A stretch of 32,000 bases of DNA from Candidatus Methylomirabilis limnetica (GTDB taxonomy: Bacteria; Methylomirabilota; Methylomirabilia; Methylomirabilales; Methylomirabilaceae), in assembly GCF_003044035.1 (NCBI RefSeq), contig NZ_NVQC01000026.1, positions 39,764-71,763 of the forward strand, written 5' to 3'. Below are positions 17,984 to 26,165 of this stretch, piece after piece. Below the pieces are notes generated by a model. It saw only the letters and a program-made list of their open reading frames with translations, did not search any database and was not told the origin of the DNA. The translations under genes were made by a program, and so were the position numbers. How positions within the stretch are numbered: position 1 is the stretch's first letter; every line of letters begins with the position of its first letter.

Positions 17984-19241
17984 GTCGGTGCAGCAGCAGG
18001 TGTCGGCGAAGGATGTCGAGAGCCTCCTGGGAGGCGCGTAGCCTATTGGTCTCACGGTCCCCCAGGAACCGGTACTCACGGCAGGTGACGCCGTCGTGTG
18101 AGGCAATCGCGATGTAGGTCAGGCCGATCGGTTTAGTAGCGGTGCCCCCGCCCGGCCCGGCGATGCCGGTGATACCCAGCGCCAGATCCGTTCCGGCAAC
18201 CTGCCGCATCCCCGCAGCCATTGCAAGGGCGACTGGTTGACTGACGGCGCCATACTCTGCAATCAGCTCACGCGGCACCCCAAGCAGACCTTCTTTGGCG
18301 TCGTTACTGTAGACCACCTCGCCACGAACGAAATAGGCGGAACTCCCCGGGAGATTGGTCAGCCGGTGGCACACCAACCCTCCGGTGCACGACTCGGCGA
18401 CGGCAATGGTCTGTTTCGCCTCGAGTAGCAACCGCCCCACTACATCCTCGAGCCGCTCCTCATCCCGCCCAAAGAGTAGCTTACCTAGCCGCTCGCGAAT
18501 CCTGGATTCAAGATCATTGAGCAGTCGGTCGCCATCCGCCTCCGACTCGGTGTGCACGGTCAACCGGATATGGATCTCGCCGGGGTAGGCGAGCAACCCG
18601 ATCATTGGGTTTCGCGAATGGCGCATGAGGTCGCCGATAATCTCATCGAGCGCCGATTCCGCGATCCCGCAGGCTTTGAGCGTACGCGACCGAATGCTGC
18701 CGCTGGCACCGAAGGCCTCGCCAAGGCGCGGGATGACTTGCTCTGTGAGCATCGGCTGCATCTCCCCAGGAACCCCGGGCATCGCCACCACAATCTTTCC
18801 ATTCTCCATGCGGATGAAGAGGCCGGGCGCAGTCCCGTGGGGATTCGGCAACACGGTGGCGCCTTCCGGGATCATGGCTTGCCGTTCGTTGTTCCTGGGC
18901 ATGACGAGCCCACGATCGGCAAATCGGAGGCGGATCGATTCTAAGACCGTCTCGTCGAGGTGAAGCGTTCGACCCAGTTCCGCCGCGATGGCTCGGCAGG
19001 TCAGATCGTCCTCCGTGGGACCGAGGCCCCCCGTCGCAATCACAATCTCGGATCGTGTGAGCGCCACACGAAGCACCTCCCTGATCCGGGCCTCGTTGTC
19101 GCCAACGGTACTCTTCCAATAGACCTCGATTCCAGCCGCTGCAAGCGCTTCGCCGATGTAGGCCGAATTGGTATCGAGTGTCTGGCCCAGGAGCAACTCT
19201 GTCCCAATCGTGAGGATCTCAACCCGTACCTCCTTCTCCAC
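17967..19241 (-). CDS. cinA: CinA-family competence/damage-inducible protein (MoCF-binding domain + PncC-type NMN deamidase domain)
   Basis: N-terminal blocks EILTIGTELLLGQTLDTNSAYI and TGGLGPTEDDLT. C-terminal block VAESCTGGLVCHRLTNLPGSS. GTG start with an AGGAGGA Shine-Dalgarno 7 nt upstream. Confidence 0.9.
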   Translation of the reverse strand: MEKEVRVEILTIGTELLLGQTLDTNSAYIGEALAAAGIEVYWKSTVGDNEARIREVLRVALTRSEIVIATGGLGPTEDDLTCRAIAAELGRTLHLDETVLESIRLRFADRGLVMPRNNERQAMIPEGATVLPNPHGTAPGLFIRMENGKIVVAMPGVPGEMQPMLTEQVIPRLGEAFGASGSIRSRTLKACGIAESALDEIIGDLMRHSRNPMIGLLAYPGEIHIRLTVHTESEADGDRLLNDLESRIRERLGKLLFGRDEERLEDVVGRLLLEAKQTIAVAESCTGGLVCHRLTNLPGSSAYFVRGEVVYSNDAKEGLLGVPRELIAEYGAVSQPVALAMAAGMRQVAGTDLALGITGIAGPGGGTATKPIGLTYIAIASHDGVTCREYRFLGDRETNRLRASQEALDILRRHLLLHRHAGQT

Positions 19242-19260
19242 GGCAGGGTCCTCCTGACGA

Positions 19261-19443
19261 TTGAATCCACTGGGAGTTCATTCCCCGCAGCTTGCCGCGA
19301 GTTCGTCATACCGGCGGACCCCGGATCGGAGTCCGGGGCAGGCGCCGGTATCCAGAGGGCCCGACTGGATTCCGTGTCAAGCACGGAATGACGGGCCAGA
19401 ACAGAAGACGATACCCCGCAGCTTGCTGCGGGGTAGTTCATTC
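19261..19443 (+). mobile_element. MITE/REP-like ~180-bp element, family 2 (copy C)
   Basis: Collinear with 30946-31127. The shared blocks are TTGAATC..GGTTCATTCCCCGC.GCTTGCCGC, GCCGGTATCCAGAGGGCCCGACT.GATTCC and GTGTCAAGCACGGAATGACGGGCCAGAACAGAAGACGATACCCCG.AGCTTGCTGCGGGGTAGTTC.TTC. It produces the well-known spurious AGIQ / RGNDG-type peptides. The terminal CCCCGCAGC segments are inverted. Confidence 0.85.
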
Positions 19444-20659
19444 AGGCAGCAGAGGTCTGGTTGCCACCCGCCGCTTTAGATCGATAGAGCGCCTGATCCG
19501 CCACCCGCACCAGGTCTTCGACCTGGTGCATGTCGGGTCCGAAGCAGGCAACGCCGAGGCTCGCAGTAAGCCTCTCGCCGCCAGACGCTCTTTGCACTTT
19601 CAAAGCGTCGCACTCCATCGCACAGCGGATCCGTTCTGCATGCACCAAGGCCTGCTGCAGATCGGTTTCCGGAAGGATGATGCCAAACTCGTCCCCTCCA
19701 TATCGCGCGACAATATCAACACCCCTCGTGCTATTTACCAACAGGGTAGCAATGCGGTGAAGGGCCTCATCGCCGCCCAGGTGACCGTTGAGGTCGTTAT
19801 ACTGCTTGAAGTGATCGATATCCAACATGATCAGCGAGAGCGGGTGACCGTAGCGCAGAGTTCGATTGAACTCCTGCTCAAGTTGGCTATAGAAGTGGCG
19901 ATGGTTAAAGAGATCCGTTAACTCATCGGTCATTGCCAACCTGTTACTCTCTTGAAACAGACGCCCATGTTCGATCGCGATGGCCAACTGCTCGCTCAGA
20001 GGCACCATGAGCTCCAGTTCCTGATTGCCATAACGGTGAGGTGTAATGCTATCCATGCAGAGACAGCCGATCACCCCTCCCTTCACGATGAGGGGAAGGC
20101 GAAGGCAGGCCCGGATTCCGACCTTCAACAGCGACTCGTCCTCCGTGAATTGCTTCGATTCCGCCAGATCCTGCTCGATATGGGGGCGTTGCTGAGCCAT
20201 GACCCACCCGACACCTGTTCCTTCCTCAATGGCGAAGACACCTTCATGCCATCCGGTGGCAGGTTGGTCAGGCGCCAGCCGGAGCACCCTCCCCTCCAGA
20301 TCTGCATCATTTTGTCGCAGGATGAGTCCCATCCGATCGTAATGAACGAGCCGTCCCACCTCTGTGGCGAAAGCTTGATAGACCTCACTGAGATCAAATG
20401 AGGCGCCGATGACTCCGGTCAATCGATTGACCGCCGTAAGACGATAAGCTCGCTGTTGCAGAGTGACGTACGATCCGGCATCCAAGACCACCAGCTCAGC
20501 GTGGCCGGCAGCAAGGACATCCAGCGCCTCCTGCGTCGATGGGGCTTGCAGGACCAAGAATCCTTGACGCGTGAGCAGCTCACGGAGTCGGAGGATTGAT
20601 CCGACACCGTCCCCGACAATCAGGGCCGTCTTACTCTCATCTTCACGATGTTCCGGCAT
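19442..20659 (-). CDS. Diguanylate cyclase: truncated receiver-like N-terminus + GAF + GGDEF
   Basis: Active site ARYGGDEFGIIL, with an R-x-x-D I-site five residues upstream (RGVDIVARYGGDEF). A GAF-like middle region is present (GVIGCLCMDS...). I place the start at ATG 20659 (MPEHRED...). The 36-aa extension in the track is translated from MITE copy B. Confidence 0.9.
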   Translation of the reverse strand: MPEHREDESKTALIVGDGVGSILRLRELLTRQGFLVLQAPSTQEALDVLAAGHAELVVLDAGSYVTLQQRAYRLTAVNRLTGVIGASFDLSEVYQAFATEVGRLVHYDRMGLILRQNDADLEGRVLRLAPDQPATGWHEGVFAIEEGTGVGWVMAQQRPHIEQDLAESKQFTEDESLLKVGIRACLRLPLIVKGGVIGCLCMDSITPHRYGNQELELMVPLSEQLAIAIEHGRLFQESNRLAMTDELTDLFNHRHFYSQLEQEFNRTLRYGHPLSLIMLDIDHFKQYNDLNGHLGGDEALHRIATLLVNSTRGVDIVARYGGDEFGIILPETDLQQALVHAERIRCAMECDALKVQRASGGERLTASLGVACFGPDMHQVEDLVRVADQALYRSKAAGGNQTSAA

Positions 20660-20711
20660 GCTATCACTCAAGGCTGACACAACCTCTTCACGTGATGACT
20701 GGTAACTACTC

Positions 20712-20840
20712 AAGGTGTTTAGGCTGAAGGCTGAAGGTTCTGAATTATCTCGCAAGGCACGAATCAAGACCGTTCTCGGTTTCTACCCCTAAAAGCCTTC
20801 AGCCTTCAGCCTACCCACCTGAGTACTTACGATGGATGCT
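20712..20840 (-). mobile_element. MITE-like element with GGCTGAA/TTCAGCC arms (copy B, inverted relative to copy A)
   Basis: Its reverse complement aligns with 8836-8997 through both arms and through the core GGTCTTGA..ATTCGTGCCTTGCGAGATAATT.AGAACC. The core has one ~30-nt indel. The flanking 8-mers GATGACTG and GATGGATG match at only 5 of 8 positions. Confidence 0.8.
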
Positions 20841-20890
20841 ACACGATTTCGTTTGCCGGACAAGAAAAAACCAGGCAGCGAGCGGCCGCG

Positions 20891-21382
20891 TTACCGATAG
20901 TTGTCGAACTGCAGGTCGATGCCACAATCGTGCGCTCGAAGCGCTTGCATGACAGCTTGCAGATCGTCTTTACTCTTCGCCGAGACCCGTATCTGATCGC
21001 CTTGGATCTGCGCAGTAACCTTAAAACCAAGCCCCCTGATCACCTTGGCGACCTCTTTGGCCTTGTCTGCGGAGATACCTTGCTGCAGCGTTACCCGCTG
21101 CCGCAGGGTCCCTTTAGCCGCCGGCTCAGTGGCTTCGTAGACAAGGGCCTTCAGAGATACCTTTCGCCGCACCAGCTTCGATTCCAGCAGGTCCACCACA
21201 GCCTTCAGCTTGTAGGTATCGTCAGCGTGGAGCAGGAGACCTTGCTCGTCCCGCACGACGCGACAGGCTGTTCCCTTAAAATCGAACCGCTGCTGGATCT
21301 CTTTCATGACCTGCTGTACAGCGTTGTCTACCTCCTGCAAATCAACCGTTGAGCTGATATCGAAGGACGCCTCATTGGACAC
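20891..21382 (-). CDS. yajQ: YajQ-family (UPF0234) nucleotide / cyclic-di-GMP-binding protein
   Basis: 163 aa. N-terminal SFDISSTVDLQEVDNAVQQVMKEIQQRFDFKG and C-terminal VSAKSKDDLQAVMQALR...LQFDNYR are typical of the family. GTG start with an AAGGAGA Shine-Dalgarno 6 nt upstream. Confidence 0.88.
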   Translation of the reverse strand: MSNEASFDISSTVDLQEVDNAVQQVMKEIQQRFDFKGTACRVVRDEQGLLLHADDTYKLKAVVDLLESKLVRRKVSLKALVYEATEPAAKGTLRQRVTLQQGISADKAKEVAKVIRGLGFKVTAQIQGDQIRVSAKSKDDLQAVMQALRAHDCGIDLQFDNYR

Positions 21383-21399
21383 GTGTGATCTCCTTTTGG

Positions 21400-22077
21400 C
21401 TATGGAACGGGAGGCTTGAGAGGGGCCACGACATCCGTCCCTGGCGGTGGCGAGAATTGAAACAACTCGCCTTTTAGACCGCTGTTGACCTTCTGCTTGG
21501 ACAGCTCGACCTCAGTGGTGTTGCCATACAGGTCAAAAACCGTAAGTCGCTGGATGAAGAAACTTTCCCGATCCACCCCCAGGATCACCCGCTTGAAGGA
21601 CATATCCTTCCCCTTGGGGGTCAACTCCATGAGGTACTCCGGACTGTCCTTGGTCCCCGCGTGAACGATAGGCCGCACCTGAAAGTCTCGCCGGAGGCTG
21701 CTCATCCCGAACAGGATCCCGATAGGGCTCGTCGTAAGCACGCCGCTCACATCTTGCGACATGGCTTGTCGTTCGGATGGGCTGTAGCTCCAGAGGGTCT
21801 TACCATCGATCAAGAATAGCCTCGATTCAGGCTTCTCGTACTCCCAGCGCATCCTCCCTGGCCACTTGAGGAAGAGCCGGCCTGAGGCCTCTTGTGTCAT
21901 CCCGCTCAGTTTATTCGTGGCACGCTGGAGGAAGGTCCCCTGGAGGTCCGAGAACCCCTGGTAGGTTGCCTGGACCTTGTCTGCCACCTCATCTGCTGTA
22001 AGCGCGGACACGCTCAGCGGAGACCCTACACCCGCTAGTAGCAGGAGTGTGAGACCGATCACCGACCTATGCCGCAT
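21400..22077 (-). CDS. lolA: LolA-like outer-membrane lipoprotein carrier protein
   Basis: I place the start at ATG 22077. It has a signal peptide MRHRSVIGLTLLLLAGVGSPLSVSA, then a LolA-like fold signature (GRLFLKWPGRMRWEY...LFLIDGKTLWSY). The upstream extension in the track is translated from a REP hairpin. Confidence 0.75.
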   Translation of the reverse strand: MRHRSVIGLTLLLLAGVGSPLSVSALTADEVADKVQATYQGFSDLQGTFLQRATNKLSGMTQEASGRLFLKWPGRMRWEYEKPESRLFLIDGKTLWSYSPSERQAMSQDVSGVLTTSPIGILFGMSSLRRDFQVRPIVHAGTKDSPEYLMELTPKGKDMSFKRVILGVDRESFFIQRLTVFDLYGNTTEVELSKQKVNSGLKGELFQFSPPPGTDVVAPLKPPVP

Positions 22078-22130
22078 TGACCCTCGCGCTCCGCCCCATT
22101 CTCTTCGCACGCCGCGCCCCCTCCCTTCTT

Positions 22131-22185
22131 GTAGGGGCAGGCCTTGTGCCTGCCCGGATCGGGAGACCGCCAGGGTCGCCCCTAC
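22131..22185 (+). repeat. REP-like nested GC hairpin (GTAGGGGC...GCCCCTAC)
   Basis: An outer 8-bp stem GTAGGGGC/GCCCCTAC encloses GGGCAGG-CCTTGTG-CCTGCCC. It is related to 9036-9059 and lies between the ftsK stop and the lolA start. Confidence 0.7.
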
Positions 22186-22217
22186 GTCGGCGAGGGAGAG
22201 GGCACCTCGCACATCAT

Positions 22218-24485
22218 TCACGTATTCTGCGGTTCCACGAGGACCGCTCGCGGCCCGCCCCCTTCAATGCGACTCACAATCCGTTCATGCTCCATCCGCT
22301 CGATCATTCGCGCCGCTCGGTTAAACCCAATCCTGAGTCGCCGCTGAATAAGGGAAATCGAGGCCTGACGCGTGGTGACGACGACCTCAACCGCCTGCCG
22401 GTACAGCTCGTCGTCTTCATCCCCTGACTTTTCCTGCTCCTCCTCGGCCGGCAGCAGCGACCACGGAAACTCCTCGGCCTTCCCCTGCGCTTCCAGAAAC
22501 TCGACGACGCGCTTAATCTCGATATCGGACACGAACGATCCGTGAATCCGGTGCGGCTTTGAGCTTGATGGCGGGATGAATAGCATGTCGCCATCGCCTA
22601 ACAGTTGCTCGGCGCCATTCATGTCGAGGATCGTACGGGAATCGACCTTCGAGGAAACCTGGAAGGCGAGCCTGGCCGGAAAATTGGCCTTGATAACCCC
22701 GGTGATCACATCGACCGAGGGGCGCTGCGTTGCCACGATCAGATGGATGCCTACCGCCCGAGCCATCTGCGCCAGCCTGACGATGGACCGCTCGACGTCG
22801 GCGGAAGCGGTCAGCATCAGGTCGGCTAGTTCGTCGATGACCACCACCAGGTAGGGGAGCGGCTGAAAGATCTCGCCGCCTCCTTCCCGCTTGGCTTTCA
22901 GTTCCAACTCGTTGTAGCTGGCAATATTTCTGGCCCCGAGCCTGGCAAACAGTTTGTAGCGCCCTTCCATGTGAAGCACAAGGCGCTGAAGCCGTTTTGA
23001 CGCCTCCTTCGGATCGCATACGACGCGCTCAGCCAGATGCGGAATCCCGTTATAGACAGAGAGTTCCACCCGCTTCGGATCGATCAGCAGCAATCGAACG
23101 CTTTCTGCTGTGGCCTTGTACAGCAGGCTCACAATCAGGGCATTGATGCATACACTTTTGCCGGAACCTGTCGCCCCGGCGATGAGCAGGTGTGGCATCT
23201 GGCTCAGATTGACCACATAGGGTTCGCCGGCAATGTCCTTCCCTAAGGCAAGGGGAAGGTGTGAAGCAGTAGATCTCTCGAATGCTTTGGACGCCAGTAC
23301 CTCGCGCAGGTGTACCGTAGCACGACGGCGGTTCGGGATCTCCACGCCAACAACTGCTTTCCCTGGAATCGGCGCCACGACGCGCACGCTTAGCGCCCGT
23401 AAGGCCAAGGCCAGATCGTCAGCCAAAGCAACAATTCGGTTGATCTTGATCCCGGGCCCCGGCTCAATCTCATATCGGGTAATGACAGGCCCGGGCTGTG
23501 CCTGCGTGACCTTCCCCTCGACCCCGAAGTCCAGCAGCTTACGCTCGATGATCTGCGCGTTCGTCTCCCGCTCCTCATCGGAGAGCCCGCTCTCCACCCT
23601 TGCCGGCAGATCGAGCTTCGATAGCGGCGGGATCTGAAAACCCTCTTTCGAAATCGCAAAGGGAAAGGATGGCTGTGGAGGGGGAACGATCGCGTGGACT
23701 TGCTGCTCTGCTGTGGCCACCCCAGGAGCAGGCTCCATCAGCACGGGAAACGATCGGCTCTCGATTCGAGGCTCTTCCTCATCTGGAGGGGTATAGGGCG
23801 GCCGGATTCGGCCCGGCAGTTGCGCCTTCGCCGCTCGCCGTTCCCTCACGCGAGCCGCCACTCGCTCGATCACACCCCGGAATCCAAAGGAGAGGCCCGC
23901 AAGCGGCCGGCTGATCAGGCACACCATACCGAGGACGAGGGTCGTGAGTCCCAGCAACGGCAGTCCCACGGGGCCCACCAGCGGACTGAAGATCCGGTGC
24001 AGCTCTTCGCCAATAAAGCCACCAGGGCGTTCCCAGGTTCGGCCAACAGGCAGCCCTGCCATAGCGAAGAACTGGGCCAGTAGCCCAAGGCTCACCATGA
24101 GCAGGACGCACCCGGCCAGCTTCCAAATGACAAAGGGAGTAGCCTTCGCGCTGAGAAACCTCCAGCTCAACAGGGCCAGGAAGAATGGTACGGCTAGTAC
24201 GCCGACACCTAACAGCTCCAGAAGATCACCAGCAAGTTCTGCGCCCCACCGCCCCCCATAATTGTGCACCTGATGTCCAGGGCCGCCTCCGGAGTTGACG
24301 AACGATGGGTCGAGGGGATCGTAGGACAGGAGACTTGCCAGGAGAAAGAGGGCCACGGCGATCCCGAGGATACCCAGCGCCTCGTGAGTCTTGGGATGTG
24401 TGAGGAACTGGGTCCCTGGCGCTCGATCTCCTCCGCGCCGCTCCCCTGGGGTCGCCATCGGCTTCGGCGTGCCTTCAGTCGCCAT
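22218..24485 (-). CDS. ftsK: DNA translocase FtsK/SpoIIIE
   Basis: N-terminal TM helices, a Pro-rich linker, Walker A GATGSGKS, Walker B VVVIDELADL, and a C-terminal gamma wHTH (ASISLIQRRLRIGFNRAARMIERME). I prefer ATG 24485, which has a GAAGGAGG Shine-Dalgarno 6 nt upstream. The track start is a TTG one codon earlier. Confidence 0.95.
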   Translation of the reverse strand: MATEGTPKPMATPGERRGGDRAPGTQFLTHPKTHEALGILGIAVALFLLASLLSYDPLDPSFVNSGGGPGHQVHNYGGRWGAELAGDLLELLGVGVLAVPFFLALLSWRFLSAKATPFVIWKLAGCVLLMVSLGLLAQFFAMAGLPVGRTWERPGGFIGEELHRIFSPLVGPVGLPLLGLTTLVLGMVCLISRPLAGLSFGFRGVIERVAARVRERRAAKAQLPGRIRPPYTPPDEEEPRIESRSFPVLMEPAPGVATAEQQVHAIVPPPQPSFPFAISKEGFQIPPLSKLDLPARVESGLSDEERETNAQIIERKLLDFGVEGKVTQAQPGPVITRYEIEPGPGIKINRIVALADDLALALRALSVRVVAPIPGKAVVGVEIPNRRRATVHLREVLASKAFERSTASHLPLALGKDIAGEPYVVNLSQMPHLLIAGATGSGKSVCINALIVSLLYKATAESVRLLLIDPKRVELSVYNGIPHLAERVVCDPKEASKRLQRLVLHMEGRYKLFARLGARNIASYNELELKAKREGGGEIFQPLPYLVVVIDELADLMLTASADVERSIVRLAQMARAVGIHLIVATQRPSVDVITGVIKANFPARLAFQVSSKVDSRTILDMNGAEQLLGDGDMLFIPPSSSKPHRIHGSFVSDIEIKRVVEFLEAQGKAEEFPWSLLPAEEEQEKSGDEDDELYRQAVEVVVTTRQASISLIQRRLRIGFNRAARMIERMEHERIVSRIEGGGPRAVLVEPQNT

Positions 24486-24500
24486 CAACCGCCTCCTTCG

Positions 24501-26165
24501 TTACACCTCCATGATCACCGACAGGATCATGGGCCGTCGTTCGATCTCTTTCTGCAACTGCTTCTTAACCGCAGTCTTGATCCGTTGCTCCATGAGGCGC
24601 GGATCGGTGCGGTCCTCTTCAGAGGCATTTTCCAGTACGGAGCAGACCAGGATTTTGATGCTATCCGTGAGGGTTTTCGAATCCTGTGCATTGACGAACC
24701 CGCTGCAGATTATCTGAGGTCCTGTCACCAACTTGCCGCACTGCTGATCTACGGCAAGGACCACGGCCACTACCCCCTCCTGCGCCAACCGCTGCCGGTC
24801 GCGAATGACGGCGTCCCCAACATCCCCGATCCCCTTCCCGTCGATGAGGATCCGACCGACGGGTGCTCTACCAACGATCCGGGCGCTGCTGCCATCTAGC
24901 TCCAGGATGTCGCCGTCCTCGATGACGAGGGTCCTGGCTTCCGGTACTCCGACCTCCCGTGCCAAGTGGGCGTGCTGGTGCAGGTGGCGGTACTCTCCGT
25001 GAATCGGTACAAAGAAGGTGGGACGGGTCAGATTCAGCATCAGCTTCAGCTCTTCCCGGCTGGCATGTCCCGAGACATGGACTCCAGCCATATCCTCGGT
25101 GATGACACGGGCCCCCTGTCGGTAGAGGCCGTTAATTGTTCGAGCCACCGATTTTTCATTGCCAGGGATGACGCGCGACGAGAAGACGACGGTATCGCCG
25201 GGCGACACGTGGACCTGTTTGTGCGCCGCGACAGCCATTCTGGCGATGGCGGAGAGGGGTTCGCCTTGGCTCCCAGTGGTCACGATCACCCGCTCCGCAA
25301 TCGGGAGGCGCTCCAACTCGGCCAGTCCAACGAGCGTGTCATCAGGGATCCGGAGGCATCCCAACTCCGACGCGATCCGCGTATTGGCCACCATGCTCTT
25401 GCCACAAACCGCCACCCGCTTTCCCGTAGCTGCCGCCGCATCGAGGATCTGTTGGACGCGATGAATGTTTGAGGCGAAGCAGGCCACGATAACGCGTCCC
25501 TGAGCCTCCCGAAAGATTGCGTCGAAAGCCTGCCCCACCACCTGCTCCGAAGGCGTGAATCCATCCCGACCCGCATTCGTACTATCCGAGAGAAGGGCCA
25601 GCACGCCACCATCCCCGAGCTCGGCAAGCCGCCGGTAATCGGTAAGTTGGCCATCCACCGGGCTCTGGTCGAATTTGAAATCGCCGGTGTGTATAATCAG
25701 GCCGCCGGGGGTCCTGATGGACAGTGCTACGCCGTCTGGAATGCTGTGGCAGACCCGAAGAAACTCAACCTCAAAAAGGCCGAGCTGAAGGCGATCGCGG
25801 GGACGAATGAGCTTGAGGTCGGCATCGGACAGGAGATTCGCTTCCTTCAGTTTTTCCGCCGCCAGCCCCAGTGAGAAGCGCGTGCCATAAACCGGGACAT
25901 TGATCCTGCTCAGCAGGTAAGGAAGTGCGCCGATGTGATCCTCGTGGCCGTGGGTGAGCAGCACTGCCCGCACCTTCTCCCGATGTGCGATCAGATAGCT
26001 CATATCCGGGACCACGTGGTCGACCCCGAACACCTCCTCATCCGGGAACATCAACCCGGCATCTATCACCAGCAGGTCGCCCGCCGCTTCGACGACCATC
26101 ATGTTCAAACCGATCTCCCCCAGGCCTCCCAAGGGGACGATCCGAACCGTTCGGTCGTTAGACAC
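24501..26165 (-). CDS. rnj: Ribonuclease J (metallo-beta-lactamase / beta-CASP)
   Basis: [34 protein letters not shown] and [11 protein letters not shown]. The start is uncertain. GTG 26165 ([14 protein letters not shown]) gives a normal N-terminus. The track's TTG at 26297 adds ~44 aa translated from a REP element. Confidence 0.88.
   Translation of the reverse strand: MSNDRTVRIVPLGGLGEIGLNMMVVEAAGDLLVIDAGLMFPDEEVFGVDHVVPDMSYLIAHREKVRAVLLTHGHEDHIGALPYLLSRINVPVYGTRFSLGLAAEKLKEANLLSDADLKLIRPRDRLQLGLFEVEFLRVCHSIPDGVALSIRTPGGLIIHTGDFKFDQSPVDGQLTDYRRLAELGDGGVLALLSDSTNAGRDGFTPSEQVVGQAFDAIFREAQGRVIVACFASNIHRVQQILDAAAATGKRVAVCGKSMVANTRIASELGCLRIPDDTLVGLAELERLPIAERVIVTTGSQGEPLSAIARMAVAAHKQVHVSPGDTVVFSSRVIPGNEKSVARTINGLYRQGARVITEDMAGVHVSGHASREELKLMLNLTRPTFFVPIHGEYRHLHQHAHLAREVGVPEARTLVIEDGDILELDGSSARIVGRAPVGRILIDGKGIGDVGDAVIRDRQRLAQEGVVAVVLAVDQQCGKLVTGPQIICSGFVNAQDSKTLTDSIKILVCSVLENASEEDRTDPRLMEQRIKTAVKKQLQKEIERRPMILSVIMEV

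Noticed and set aside
20840-20890. The T6 run after yajQ might be an intrinsic terminator.
   Set aside because: On the transcribed strand, the U-tract is not preceded by a stable GC stem. The best pairing is about 5 bp with a bulge.
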